From an uncultured Gammaproteobacteria bacterium (GTDB taxonomy: Bacteria > Pseudomonadota > Gammaproteobacteria > Xanthomonadales > Rhodanobacteraceae), in the NCBI GenBank assembly GCA_963820885.1, contig CAWGBQ010000003.1, positions 15,684 through 79,683 on the forward strand: a stretch of DNA of 64,000 bases. The letters are read 5' to 3'. Below are positions 21,089 through 39,767 of the stretch, in pieces. The position numbers and the translations under genes were made by a program. Within the stretch, counting starts at the first letter, position 1. Every line of letters starts with the position of its first letter. The notes below the pieces were generated by a model. The model worked only from the letters and a program-made list of their open reading frames with translations, was not told where the DNA came from and searched no databases.

Positions 21089-23552
21089 ATGCTCGCGGAC
21101 TTCTGGAACGACGTGCGCTACGCGACGCGGCGCATCACCGCGCGGCCCGGCTTCACGCTTGCGGTCGTGCTGACGCTCGCGGTCGGCATCGGCGCCAACG
21201 TGCTCGTCTCGGACCTGATCGACGGCGTCTACTTCCGCGGCCTGCCCTATCGCGACGACGCCTCACTCGTCTACATCGAGGACAGCAACGCGAAGCAGGG
21301 ACCGAACGCCGACGGCGGCATGGAGTCGATTCCGGACTATCTCGACCGCCGCCGCGACGTCAGCGCGCTTTCCGACAGCGCGCTGTTCCTCACGATCGAC
21401 CTCAACCTGCTCGGCCTCGGCGTGCCGGAACGGCTGCGCGCGCTGAAAGTGACGCCCTCGCTGTTCTCGACGCTCGGCGTCGGCGCCGCGCTCGGCCGCA
21501 CGTTCACCGATGAGGAAGGAACCGTCGGCAACGACCGCGTCGCGGTGCTCAGCAACGCGCTCTGGCGCAATCGCTTCAACGCAGATCCCAACATCGTCGG
21601 CCGCGATCTTCGCCTGAGCGGCGAGACGTATCGTGTCGTCGGCGTGATGCCGCCCGCGTTCCTGTTTCCGACCGCGGACACCGAAATCTTCGTACCGTTC
21701 GCGTTCGGCAAGGACGACGTCACCGACGACAAGCGCTTCACCGGGTTCTCGCAAGGCATCGGCCGCCTCGCGCCCGGCGCGACGCCGGCGGACGTCAAGG
21801 CGCAATCGGACCTGATCGTCCGCCGCAACATGCAACGCCTGAGTGCGAGCGGCCCCGACGGCGGCTGGTACGCAGACATCGTCGAATCGAATGGCTACAC
21901 GATCAAGGCGACGCCGCTGCGCGAGTATTTCTCGGGCTCGACGACGCGCGAGCTCGCGCTGATCCAGGTCGCGGTGGCGCTCGTGTTGCTGATCGTCTGC
22001 GCGAACGTCGCCAATCTCATGCTCGTGCGCTGGTCTGCGCGGCAGAAAGAGCTCGCGGTGCGCGCGGTGCTCGGTGCGAGCCGGAAGCGCATCGCGCGGC
22101 AACTGCTCGTCGAGGCGATGCTGCTCGCGCTCGTTGGCGGCGCGCTCGGCCTCGGTTTGGCGCTTGCCGGAGGCCAGCTCGTCGCGGCGTCGGGATTGCT
22201 GCCGGACTGGGTCAGCGTCACCCCGAAGCCGTCGATGCTCGCAACGGCGCTCGCCTTGTCGCTCTTCGCCGGTGCGTTGTCCGGCGCGTTGCCGATTCTC
22301 TCGCGCCCCGACCCGCAGGCGCACGGCAGCATGCTGCGCGAAAGTGGACGACTCGCGAGCGGCGGACGCGGTGCACGCCTGACCCGCAATGCGCTCGTCA
22401 TGGTCCAGCTCGCGCTCGCGGTTGCGCTCCTCGCGAGCGCGGGGCTTTTGCTGCGCAGCTTCGCGAAACTCCTCGATCAGAATCCCGGTTTCGACAGCGC
22501 CGGCGTGCTGACCGCAACAATCGCGCTGCCGGAAACGAAATATGCCGACGAAGCCGCGCAGGCGCGCGTGTTCCGGCGCATGCTCGACGAAGTGAAGGCA
22601 ATTCCCGGCGTGACGGCCGCCGGCCTCACGACGACGCTGCCATTCTCGGGCACGAACGCGGGCCAGATGTTCCGCATCATCGGACGCCCGACCGAAGGCA
22701 CGAACCTGCACGCTGCGCTGCGCCGCGTCGACGAAGGCTATTTCGCCGCGCTCGGCATCCCGCTCCTGCAAGGCCGCACGTTCGCGCGCAACGACTGGAA
22801 TGCAGGCTCGCACGACGTCATCGTCGACGCGCTGTTCGCGAAGAAACACTTCCCGAACGGCGACGCCGTCGGCAGCACGCTCTATCTCGGCTCGTCCGGC
22901 GATTCGGACGTCTACACGATCGTCGGCGTCGTCGGCAACGTGACGCACGGCAACCTCGCCAAGACCGCGAGCAAGGAGACGTTCTATTTCGATTTCGGCG
23001 CGCGGCCGAACCCATGGGGCTGGCTCGCGGTGCGCACGGCGGGGCCGACATCGAGTCTGATCGAACCGCTTCGCAACGCGGTCCGCTCAGTCGATCCGGA
23101 CCAGCCGATGTTCAACGTCGCGACGCTCGATGCGCGCGTGCAGCAGTCGCTTGACCGGCCGCCGCGTGCCGCTCGAGCTGATCGGCCTCTTCGCTGCGCT
23201 CGCGCTCGTGCTCGCGGCGATCGGCATCTACGGCGTGCTCGCATTCGCGGTCGCCGAGCGCACCGGCGAGTTCGGCGTGCGCATGGCGATCGGCGCCGAT
23301 GCATCGCGAATCCGGCGTCAGGTCCTTGGCGACGGCGCGCGCATCGCCGGCGCGGGCCTCGGCTTCGGCGTCATCTTTGCGCTCGCGCTCGGCTTCGCGC
23401 TGCGCAGCCAGCTGTTCGGGATCGGTGTCGTCGATCCGCTGAGCCTCGCCGCCGTCGTCGCCGTGCTCGCCGTGACCGCGCTCGTCGCGTGCTGGCTGCC
23501 CGCGCGGCGCGCCGCGCGCACGGCGCCGATCGAAGCGCTGCGCTACGAATGA
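21089..23552 (+). CDS. ADOP-like ABC permease 6 (apparent frameshift near 23155)
   Basis: [37 protein letters not shown]. Confidence 0.9.
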
Positions 23553-23571
23553 ACCACCAAAGGCGAGTCCG

Positions 23572-26021
<2,450 letters not shown>

Positions 26022-26037
26022 GCCACGGAACTGCCCA

Positions 26038-28457
26038 ATGACCGCACTCCTTCACGATCTGCGCGACGCGCTGCGCTCGACGCTGAAGAACCCCGGCTTC
26101 GCCGCGCTCGTCGTCGGCGTGCTCGGCGCCGGACTCGCCTGCGTGATTTTCATGGTGACGCTGCTCGACGGCTTCATCCTGCGGCCGCTGCCGTTCGCCG
26201 AGCCCGATCAGCTCGTGCAGGCCGGCTTCTTCGGCGACGGCGGCCTCGGCGACGTCTTTCCGGTGCGACAGCCGTGATCTCGCGCAACTGCAACGCTACG
26301 TCGCGACCAAAGGCGAAGTCGCCGCGGCAGCGCGATCGACGATCAACTTGAGCGACATCGACCGTCCCGAGCGCTACCACGGCGCCACGTGACAGCGAAC
26401 CTGTTCCACGTGCTCGGCGTCGCGCCGCTCGCTCGGCCGCGACTTCTCCGATGCCGATGCGAAACCCGGCGCGCCGCCGACGGCGATGCTCGTCGTACAC
26501 GCTCTGGCAGTCGCGCTACGGCGGCGATCGTTCGATCGTCGGCCGCACGATCCGCGTCGATGGCCGTCCGACGACGGTGATCGGCGTCATGCCGATGGAC
26601 TTCAGCTATCCGCGCAACGAAGACGTCTGGGTGCCGTCGACGACGATCGCAGACGCGCTACCGGTCGATCCGTTCGCGTACTGGGTCATCGCGCGGCGCC
26701 ACGCCGACGTCGAGCGACGCCGATCTCGCCGCCGCATTCGACCGCTGGTTCGCCGACGCCGCGCACGCCGATCCCGAGCGCTTTCGCGGCCGCAGCTTCC
26801 ACGTCGAGCCGCTCGCGCACATGGCCGCGGATCGCACGACGCGCGGACGCTCGGCATCATGCTCGCGGCCGTCGTCATGGTGCTGCTCGTCTCGTGCGCG
26901 AATGCGGCGAATCTGCTGCTGACGCGCACGCTCGGCCGCTCGCACGATCTCGCGGTACGCGTCGCGCTCGGCGCGAGCCGGCGCCGGCTCATGCGCGCAT
27001 GCTCGCGAAAGCCTGTTGCTGACGCCGCTCGCGACCGCGCTCGCGTTCGCGCTCGCACGCGCGGGCGTTGCTGGCAGCCGGCGCTGATGCGCGAAACGGA
27101 GTTCTTCCCGCTCTGGCTGCGCTTCGACGTCGATCTCGGCGTCGTGCTGTTCGCGTTCGCGGCCGCGACGTTCACTGCGCTCGCCGCGGCCTGCTGCCCG
27201 CGCTTCGCGCCGGCCGCATGGCCGTCGGCGGCGATATCGGCAAGGTTCGCGCGGCGTCGCGCGGCGCTCGTTCGCGCGCACCAGCCGCGTGCTCGTCGTC
27301 GGCGAGATCGCGATTGTCGTGCGCGCTGCTGATCTGCGTCGGCACGCTCGTGCGCGGCATCGACGCGCTCGACGGCGCTCGATCTCGGCATCGATACAGG
27401 AGCGATCTGCTGACCGCGCGCGTCGCGCTTTCGACGGCGCGCATCCGACCGCAGCCGAACAGGTCCAGGTGTTCGACCGCATTGCCGAACGGCTGCAGCG
27501 AAGACGCCGGCGTCGTCGATGCCAGCGTCGGCACGGCGCTGCCGGGCACGTTCTACAACAGCGTCCATTTCGTGCTGCCCGAAGGCACCGCTCCCGGGGA
27601 CGCCGATCCGCCGACGTTCTACTCCGGCGCCGTCGACGCGCACTTCCTCGGCGCATACGGCGTCAAGCTGCAGCAGGGTCGCTTCTTCGACGATCGCGAT
27701 CGCGCCGACACCGAGCGCGTCGCCGTCGTCGACCGCAAGTTCGCCGAGCGCTTCGGCAGCGGCAGTCCGATCGTCGGTCGCCAGTTCCGCATCGATCCGC
27801 GCGATCCCGACGGCACGACCGTGACGGTCATCGGCGTCATCGCTCCGCTGACGCTCGACGCGCCGGGCAACGCGCCGGCGCCGCGCTGCTGCGTCCGCTG
27901 CGCCAGGATCCGTTCTAGATCGCGACGATCGCCGTGCGCACGCGCGGCGATGCGCTCGCGTTCGCGCCGCGGCTCAGCGCGATCGTGCATGACGGTCGAT
28001 GCGGACGCGCCGCTCTACTGGGTACGCGACTACGCCGGCGTGATCCGCGCGTCGACGGTCGGCGAGCGCATCGTCGCGAAGAGCTTCGCAGCGTTCGGCC
28101 TGATCGCACTCGCTGCTCGCGGGCGCGGGACTGTACGGCGTCATGGCGTTCGCGGTCGCCCAGCGCACACGCGAGATCGGCGTGCGCCGCGCGCTCGGCG
28201 CGCCGACGCGGAACGTGCTCGGCGATGTGTTCGGGCGCAGTCTCGTCGAGCTCGGCGTCGGACTCGCGATCGGCGTCGTCGCGGGCATCGTGTTCGCACG
28301 CATGCTGACGCGCTCGTTGCGAACATCGAGACGGTCGGCGTCGCAGCCATCGTCGCTGCGCTCGGCGTGCTCGTCGCGGCCGTGGCGCTCGCCGTCATCG
28401 TGCCGGCACGGCGCGCGCTGCGGCGTCGATCCCGCCGTCGCGCTGAGGCACGAATGA
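26038..28457 (+). CDS. ADOP-like ABC permease 8 (multiple apparent frameshifts)
   Basis: Fragments parallel permease 3 ([48 protein letters not shown]). Confidence 0.8.
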
Positions 28458-28476
28458 ACCTCATGGAGAACTGTTG

Positions 28477-29164
28477 ATGCAACCTCTGGTCCGCCTCGTC
28501 GACATCGAGCGCTCGTATCCGCTGGCAGGCTCGAAGTCTGGGTGCTGCGCACGTCAACCTCGAGATTGGCGCCGGCGAGTTCGTCAGCGTCATGGGCCCG
28601 AGCGGCGCGGGCAAGAGCTCGCTGCTCAACGTGCTCGGCCTCATGGACAACGACTGGCGCGGTCACTACGAGCTCGACGGCGTCGCGGTCGAAAAGCTCG
28701 ACGCAAAGCATCGCCAGGCCCTGCAGCGCGACAAGATCGCTTTCATCTTCCAGCACTACCACCTGATCGACGATCTCAAGGTGTGGGAAAACCTCGATTT
28801 GCCGCTGCAATATCGCGACGTGCCGGCGAAGGAGCGCCAGGCGCAGGTCGCCGACCTGCTCGACCGCTTCGCGATCGTCGGCAAGAAAGATCTTTATCCG
28901 AGCCAGCTTTCGGGCGGCCAGCAGCAGCTCGTCGCGGTCGCGCGCGCGGTCATCACGCGGCCGACACTGCTGCTCGCCGACGAGCCGACGGGCGCGCTGC
29001 ATTCGAGCCAGGCGCGCATGATCATGGACCTCCTGCACGAGCTCAATCGCGGCGGCATGACGATCGTGCAGGTCACGCACAACGAGGATTTCGCGCGCGA
29101 GGCGCAACGGATCGTCACGCTTTCCGACGGCTGGCTCGACAAGCCCGCGCCGCAAACGGGCTAG
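28477..29164 (+). CDS. Second ABC ATP-binding protein (apparent frameshift near 28545)
   Basis: [34 protein letters not shown]. Confidence 0.92.
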
Positions 29165-29174
29165 ACTTCGACCC

Positions 29175-30561
29175 ATGACAGTCAATCGAACACGCATCCT
29201 CGTCGCCGACGATCAGCGCGAAGTCCGCGAAGCACTGCGTCTTCTCTTCAAGGCCGAAGGCATCGACGCTGCGAGCGTCGACAGTCCGCGCGCGGCGCTC
29301 GACGCGTTGAAGAAGGAGCGCTTCGGAGCGGCGGTGGTTGATCTCAACTACACACGCGACACGACCTCCGGCGCGGAAGGCCTGGAGCTTCTGCGCGACA
29401 TCCGCAAGCTCGAGGCCGATCTTGCCCGTCGTCGTCATGACAGCGTGGGGCACGATCGATCTCGCGGTCGAGGCGATGCGGCTCGGCGCCGGCGATTTCA
29501 TCGAGAAGCCGTGGGACAACCAGCGGCTGATGAGCGTGATCCGCAACCAGCTCGCGCTCGCCGATTCGCGCGGCGAAGCGGCGCGCCTCAAGCGCGAGAA
29601 CGAAATCCTGCGCGGCGACGACGACGAGCCGTTCATCGCCGAATCCGCCTCGATGAAGAGCGTGCTCGCGCAGCTCGACCGCGTCGCGCCGACCGACGCG
29701 AACGTGCTGATTCTCGGCGAGAACGGCACCGGCAAGGGCGTCGTCGCGCGGCGCCTGCATCGCGCGCTCGCAGCGCGCGTCGCGGCCGCTCGTCAAGGTC
29801 AACATGGGCGGCATTCCCGAATCGGTGTTCGAGGCCGAGATGTTCGGCCACGTGCGCGGCGCGTTCACGGACGCCAAGACCGATCGCATCGGCCGCTTCG
29901 AGCTCGCCGACGGCGGCAGCCTCTTCTGGACGAGATCGCGAACATTCCGCTCGCGCAGCAGCCGAAGCTGCTGCGCGTGCTCGAGGACGGCGAGCTCGAG
30001 CGCGTCGGCTCGTCGCGCACGCTGAAGGTCGACGTGCGCCTGATCTCGGCGACGAACGCCGATCTCAACGCCGAGATCGCGCGCGGCGCGTTCCGGCGCG
30101 ATCTGCTGTTCCGCCTCAACACGGTCGAGCTGAAGCTGCCGCCGCTGCGCGAGCGCGACGAGGACATCGCGCTCCTCGCCGAATCATTCCTCGCGCATTT
30201 CGCGCAAGCGCTACCAGCGCGACGGGCTCAAGTTCGCGCCGTCGGCGCTGCGGCACTGCGCAGCTATGCGTGGCCCGGCAACGTGCGCGAGCTCTCGCAC
30301 GTGATCGAGCGCGCGGTGCTGATGCTCGACGGCGACATGGTCGACGACGCGGCGCTGAACCTCAAACCCGAGGCGACGCATGCGCTGTCCGGCGCAGCGG
30401 CGCTCGCGGCGACCGGCTCGATGACCGTCGACGAGGCCGAGGAGCAGCTCGTGCGCCAGGCCCTCGAACGAACCGGCGGCAACATCCAGCGCGCCGCGAC
30501 GCTGCTCGGTCTCAGCCGGCCGTCGCTGTACCGGCGCATGGAGAAATACGGCATCGAGTAG
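29175..30561 (+). CDS. Sigma54-dependent NtrC-family response regulator (apparent frameshifts)
   Basis: REC ([17 protein letters not shown]), [28 protein letters not shown], Fis-type [18 protein letters not shown]. Confidence 0.93.
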
Positions 30562-30577
30562 CGCCGTTGCCGCTACC

Positions 30578-31921
30578 ATGCCCGCAATGCGCGGCGATCC
30601 TTCCCGCTGGAACTACGAAACGCGGCTCCTGGCCGGCACGCTCGTCGCGGCGTCGCCGGCATTGCTCGCGCTCGCGATCGCGCTCTGGTTCGCGACGGGC
30701 GACGTCTGGCGCGCGCTCTGGATCTGGGTCGCGATCGCGCTCGTCACGCTCGCGCTGATCTTCGAGGCACGCCGGCGCGCGGTCTATCCACTCAACACGC
30801 TGTCGAACCTGCTCGAAGCACTGCGCGAAGGCGACTACAGCCTGCGCGGCTCGCGCGCACAGCGCGGCGATGCGATCGGCGAGGTCGTCATCGAGATCAA
30901 CACGCTGTCGCAGACGCTGCGCGAGCAGCGGCTCTCGTTCGAGGAGAAGAGCGCTCTGCTCGCGAAGGTGATCGCGGCGCTCGACATCGCCGTCATTGCG
31001 TTCGACGAGCGGCGCTGGCTGAAGCTCGCGAACCCCGCCGCGGAACGCCTGCTCGGTGCACGGTTCGCGTCGCTCGACGGACGTTCCGCGGATGCGCTCG
31101 GTCTAGGCGACTGGCTCGACATCGTCGACACGCGGCTCGTCGAGCGCGCGTTCCCCGGCGGCAGCGGGCGCTGGGAGGTCCGTCGCGCGCAGTTCCGCGA
31201 AGGCGGACGGCCGCACGATCTGCTCGTCATCACGGATCTCAGCCGCACGCTGCGCGAGGAAGAACGCCTCGCATGGCAGCGCCTCCTGCGCGTGCTCGGC
31301 CACGAGCTCAACAATTCGCTCGCGCCGATCCGCTCGATGGCCGCGACAATGTCGAAGCTGATCGCGACCGAGCCGCTCGCGGACGACTGGCGCGACGATG
31401 CGGGCAATGCGCTCGACATCATCGGCGACCGCGCCGAGGCGCTGGCGCGCTTCATGGCGCGCTACACGGCGCTCGCGCGGCTGCCGCCGCCGCATCCGCG
31501 GACACCGCGTTCGACGAGCTCGCGCGACGCACGGCGAAACTCGAGCAGCGGGCTCCGGTGCAGGTCGATGACGGTCCCGCCGTCCGCGTCGAGATCGACG
31601 CCGACCAGATCGCGCAGGCGCTGATCAACCTGATCCAGAACGCGACCGACGCGGCGCTGTCGACCGGCGGCGACGTGCGCCTGCGCTGGCGCGTCGAAGG
31701 CGGCGCGCTGATCGCCGAGGTCATCGACGGCGGCCCGGGCCTGCCGCCGAGCGAGAACCTGTTCGTGCCGTTCTTCACGACGAAGCGCGGCGGTTCGGGC
31801 ATCGGGCTCGTACTCGCGCGGCAGATCGTCGAAGCGCACGGCGGCTCGCTGACGCTCGAGAATCGCGACGACGCGCCCGGCTGCGTCGCGCGCCTGCGCC
31901 TGCCGTCCGCGACGACGCAGG

Positions 31922-31950
<29 letters not shown>
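30578..31950 (+). CDS. Sensor histidine kinase (apparent frameshift near 31500)
   Basis: Two closely spaced TM helices, HAMP/PAS-like region, H-box RVLGHELNNSL, NLIQNA, DGGPG, PFFTTK..GSGIGL. Confidence 0.92.
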
Positions 31951-35302
<3,352 letters not shown>

Positions 35303-35331
35303 TCATCCGCGACGAGACGAAGGAACCGACG

Positions 35332-36175
35332 ATGGCGAAGAAGGCCTGGGCCGCGTTTCCGCATCCGAACAAGGCGTTCGACTACGACGGCGCGAAGCTC
35401 GCGAAGGCGTGGCCCGCGCTGCATGCCGGCGATCAGGAGCCGTTTCCGGACGAGAAGCGTGTCGCTGCGCTGCTCAAGAAAAATCCGAAGCTCGGCAAGG
35501 ATACGGCCGTGGTCGCCGATGCGCTGCAGGATGCATGGCGTGCGTTCCATCGCGGCGATTTCGAGGCCGCATACGACGGCGGCGTCGCGCTGAAAGCGCT
35601 CGGCGCGTCGGTTGCGATCAAGGCCGGCGGCATCCACGCGACGTATCTCGTCGACGACGCGGCCGCAAAGACCGCGCGCTATGAAAGCCTGGTCCGCCTC
35701 GCGGACGAGGCGGTCGCCGCGCTGCCCGGACGAGGCGAACTCGCACTACCGGCGCGCGTTCGCGATCGGCAGGCTCAGCCAGACGATCTCGATCGGCAAG
35801 GCGCTCGCGCAGGGCCTCGCGGGCAAGGTGCGCGATTCGCTCGATGCGACGCTCGAGATCGCACCGAAGCACGCCGAGGCGCACACGGCGCTCGGGCTCT
35901 ATCACGCGGAGATCGTCGCGAAGGTCGGCGGCATGCTCGCGAAGCTGACGTATGGCGCGAATGCGGCCGACGCCGAGAAGCATCTCAAGCAGGCGCTGAA
36001 GCTGACGCCGGAGTCGCCGATCGCGTGGATCGAGTACGGCAACGCGTTGCTTCTGCTGCATGGCGACAAACGCGAGGACGATGCGGCTGAGGCGTTCGAC
36101 AAGGCTGCGAATCTGAAGCCGCGCGACGCGATGGAAGCGCTCGACGCGGCTTGGGCGAAAGCGCAGCTGGAATGA
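35332..36175 (+). CDS. Conserved hypothetical TPR-like helical protein (apparent frameshift near 35730)
   Basis: AAGGAA RBS; W..LHAGD.EPFP; TPR-like LEIAPKHAEAH, ALKLTPESPIAWIEYG. Confidence 0.75.
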
Positions 36176-36177
36176 GA

Positions 36178-36289
36178 TTCCCTTCTCCCGCTGGCGGGAG
36201 AAGGTGCCGGAGGCGGATGAGGGCGCTCTTGCGACGGCGCTTCAAGGCTGCCCTCACCCTACCCTCTCCCGCAAGCGGGAGAGGGGAAA
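36178..36289. repeat. Inverted REP doublet (REPIN-like)
   Basis: CCTTCTCCCGCTGGCGGGAGAAGG...TGAGGGC / GCCCTCA...CCCTCTCCCGCAAGCGGGAGAGGGG. Confidence 0.8.
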
Positions 36290-36404
36290 GACGCGAACGT
36301 TTCTTTACATCTGGCGATCCTGAATCGGCTGCACTTTTCACTCCCGGGCGCTGTTTCGCCGAATCCGCCGCCGCTATGATCGGCCGTCCTATCGGGGGTT
36401 GATC

Positions 36405-38970
36405 ATGCGCAAGGTTTTGCTGGGCATTGTCGTCGGCTTGACGTTCGCAGGCGCCGCAAGCGCCGACGAATGGGTCGTAGAGGCACACTTCACCGATCAG
36501 GCCGCGTTGCAGCGCGCGGCGCGTCACTTCGATCATGTCATCGTCGACCGCAAGCGCAACATGCTGCGCGTCGAGACGACCGGCAAGGGCATCGAGGCGC
36601 TCGAAGCCGAGGGCCTCGCCGTCACGGTCGACACCGCCGCGACCGCACGCCTCGAGGCCGCGAACGCGCGCGTCGCCGCGGTACGCGACCGCCTCGCGCG
36701 CGAAGGCAAGTCCACGGTCGTCAACGGATCAGGTTACGACTCGATCCCGGGCTACGAATGCTTCCGCACGGTCGAAGGCACGTACGCGACGATGGACGAT
36801 CTCGTCACCGCGCATCCCGACATCGCCTCGATCGACGACATCGGCCCGACCTGGAAGAAGACGCAGGATTCGACGCAGGGCTACGAGATGCGCGCGATGC
36901 ACATCACGAACCTCGCGACGCTGCCGGGCGATCCGGACCGCCCGAAGTTCGCCGCGTATTTCTCGATCCACGCACGCGAGTACACGCCCGCCGAGATCGG
37001 CACGCGCTTCTCCGAGTGGCTCGTCAACAACTACGGCACCGATCCCGAAGCGACGTGGCTCGTCGACCACAACGATTTCCACCTGATCGTGATGGCGAAT
37101 CCCGATGCGCGCAAGGAAGCGGAGCAACAGATCTACCATCGCAAGAACCTGGATGATGCGTACGGCGACGTGAACCAGTGCGGCGACGACGAGTTCTCGC
37201 AGTTCGGCGTCGATCTCAACCGCAACTTTCCGTTCCACTGGAACATCACGCTCGGCCAGGGCTCCGACGACGACAGCTGCAGCCAGACTTATCACGGCCC
37301 GTATCTCACGGGCAGCAATCATCAGCAGCACATCCAGGGCGATCCCGAACCCGAGACGGTCAACCTGTTCGGCTATGTCGGCGGAACCTGCGCCGCCGAC
37401 GGCACCTGCAGCGGTGGCCTTTTTGCAGATCGCCGCACAGGCACCACGGACCCGATCGACTGCAACGGCACGGGCAACTGCGACGACGGCGGCGCCGCGC
37501 CAGCCGACACCAGCGGCGTCTTCGTCGACATGCACAGCAACGCCTCGCTCGTGCTGTGGCCGTGGGGCGACACCTCGAACGACTCGCCGAACGTCACTGA
37601 CCTCACGACATTCGGCCGCCGCATCGCATGGTTCAACGGCTATACGCCCGAGCAGTCGAACGAGCTCTACTTCACCGACGGCACGACCGACGATTCGATG
37701 TACGGCCTCCTCGGCGTTGCCTCGTACACGATCGAGACGAACGGCTTCGATTTCTTCGAGGATTGCGCGACGTTCGAGAGCAATACGGCGCCGACGAACC
37801 TCGAGGCGCTGCGCTATATCTCGCGCTCGCTGCACGCGCCGTATCAGCTGCCCGCGGGGCCGGACACGGTCGACGTCGAAATCAGCACCGATCTCGTCGT
37901 GCCCGGCGACACGGTCGCCGTCACGGCGCATATCGATTCGAGCCGCTTCAACCAGTCGAACGGCACCCAGACCGTCAACAACATCGCCAACGCCGGCCTC
38001 TACGTCGACGTGCTGCCGTGGGACACCGACGCCGTGCAGCCGATGGATCCGACCGATGGTGCGTTCGATTCGCCGGTCGAGACGGCCACCGCGAACATCG
38101 TCGCGGGCTGGCGCGGGTCGGCACTTCGTCTACGTGCAGGCCGGCGACGCCGCGGCGCACTCGGGTACGCCGAACGCGGCGTTCTTCGACGTCGCCGATG
38201 CGAGCCAGATCGGCACTATCAGCGGCACCGTCACCGACCACGTGACGAGCGATCCGCTGAGCGCGAACATCGCGCTGCACAACCCCGGCAACAACGAGTC
38301 GCACACGGCGATCAGCGATCCGACCACGGGCGCGTACGCAGCGCATGCGTTCCCCGGCACGTTCGACGTCACGGTCACCGCGCCGCACCACATCGCGCAG
38401 ACGCTGAGCGGCATCGCGCTCGCGGCCGGCTCGACGCTGACGCAGAACTTCTCGATGCTCGCGGACTGCGTCTTCTTCGACGACGACGTCGAGAACGGCA
38501 GCACGCTCTGGACCGCGCAGGCACCGTGGGTCATCGCCTCGAACGTGCCCGGCAACACGACGCACGTCTGGAACACGCCGAACTACGGCGACGGCATCGA
38601 TCGCAGCCTGACGACGGCCGCTTCGTACGACCTCACCGGCTACAGCGGCGCGACGCTCGATTTCGACGACCGCTGCGACACCGAATCGGGCTTCGATTTC
38701 GGCTACGTCGAGTTCAGCGCGAATGGCGGCAGCTCGTGGACGCAGCTGTATTCGTGCTCGGGCCAGTCGACGTGGCAATCGCATCATCTCGAGCTGCCGT
38801 CATCGGCCGACAACGTGTCGGCGCTCAAGGTCCGCTTCCGCCTGAATAGCGACGGCTTCCAGAATGCGCCGGGATGGGCCGTGGACAACATCCGGCTCGC
38901 CGCTGGCGGCGCCGCGTGCATCGCTCAGCAGCAGAACGACGAGATCTTCGCGGACGGGTTCGAGCCCTGA
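36405..38970 (+). CDS. Secreted M14 zinc carboxypeptidase with C-terminal accessory domains (apparent frameshift near 38110)
   Basis: Signal peptide; HARE Zn motif, GVDLNRNF, DMHS, YTIE; beta-sandwich domains; C-terminal DEIFADGFEP. Confidence 0.88.
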
Positions 38971-38978
38971 CGGCATTA

Positions 38979-39080
38979 CCCCTCTCCCGCTCGCGGGAGA
39001 GGGCTGGGGTGAGGGCAATCTCGTGGAAGCGTTACACGCACGTGCCCTCACCCTCCCCTCTCCCGCAAGCGGGAGAGGGG
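38979..39080. repeat. Inverted REP doublet (REPIN-like)
   Basis: CCCCTCTCCCGCTCGCGGGAGAGGG...GTGAGGGCA / TGCCCTCAC...CCTCTCCCGCAAGCGGGAGAGGGG. Confidence 0.85.
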
Positions 39081-39093
39081 AAATGCGAGAGCA

Positions 39094-39702
39094 ATGAACG
39101 TTCGCTTCAAGCTGTCGGCCGAAGCCTCGCTGCAGCAGGACGTGCGCAAGAGCCGCTTCGTGGCGCGCGCCGCACCGGTCGAATCGGTCGACGCCGCCAT
39201 CGCGTTCTTCGCGCGCGTGCACGAAGCCGACGCGACGCACAACTGCTGGGCCTATCGCATCGGCGCAAGCTACCGCTTCAACGACGACGGCGAACCCGGC
39301 GGCACCGCAGGCCGGCCGATCCTGCAGGCCATCGACGGACAGGCAATCGATCGCGTCGCGGTCGTCGTCGCGCGCTGGTTCGGCGGCATCAAGCTCGGCG
39401 CCGGCGGTCTCGTGCGTGCCTACGGCGGAAGCGCCGCCGAGTGCCTGCGCCTTGCACCGAAATCGCCGCTCGTCGAGCGCACCATCGTCGTCGTGCGCTG
39501 CGACTTCACCGCCGCTGGCGCGTTGCGCGGGCGACTTGCCGACTACGACGCGACGAAGCGCGACGAGCGCGCCGACGCCGATGGCGTCGAGCTCACGATC
39601 GAGCTGCCCGCGGCCCGCGTCGATGCACTCGCGCAGCTCGTCCGCGACCTCACGCGCGGCCGCGGCCGCGTGCTGCCGATCGTGGCCGCGAACGACGATT
39701 GA
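39094..39702 (+). CDS. yigZ: YigZ/IMPACT family protein
   Basis: KSRFVA, ATHNCWAY, DDGEPGGTAGRP, RWFGGIKLGAGGLVRAY. Confidence 0.95.
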   Translation: MNVRFKLSAEASLQQDVRKSRFVARAAPVESVDAAIAFFARVHEADATHNCWAYRIGASYRFNDDGEPGGTAGRPILQAIDGQAIDRVAVVVARWFGGIKLGAGGLVRAYGGSAAECLRLAPKSPLVERTIVVVRCDFTAAGALRGRLADYDATKRDERADADGVELTIELPAARVDALAQLVRDLTRGRGRVLPIVAANDD

Positions 39703-39767
39703 TATGCTTCGCGCTTGAACGCTCCGCCGTCACCCGCATGTCCTCCGGAGCGCACCGGCCTTCCCTG

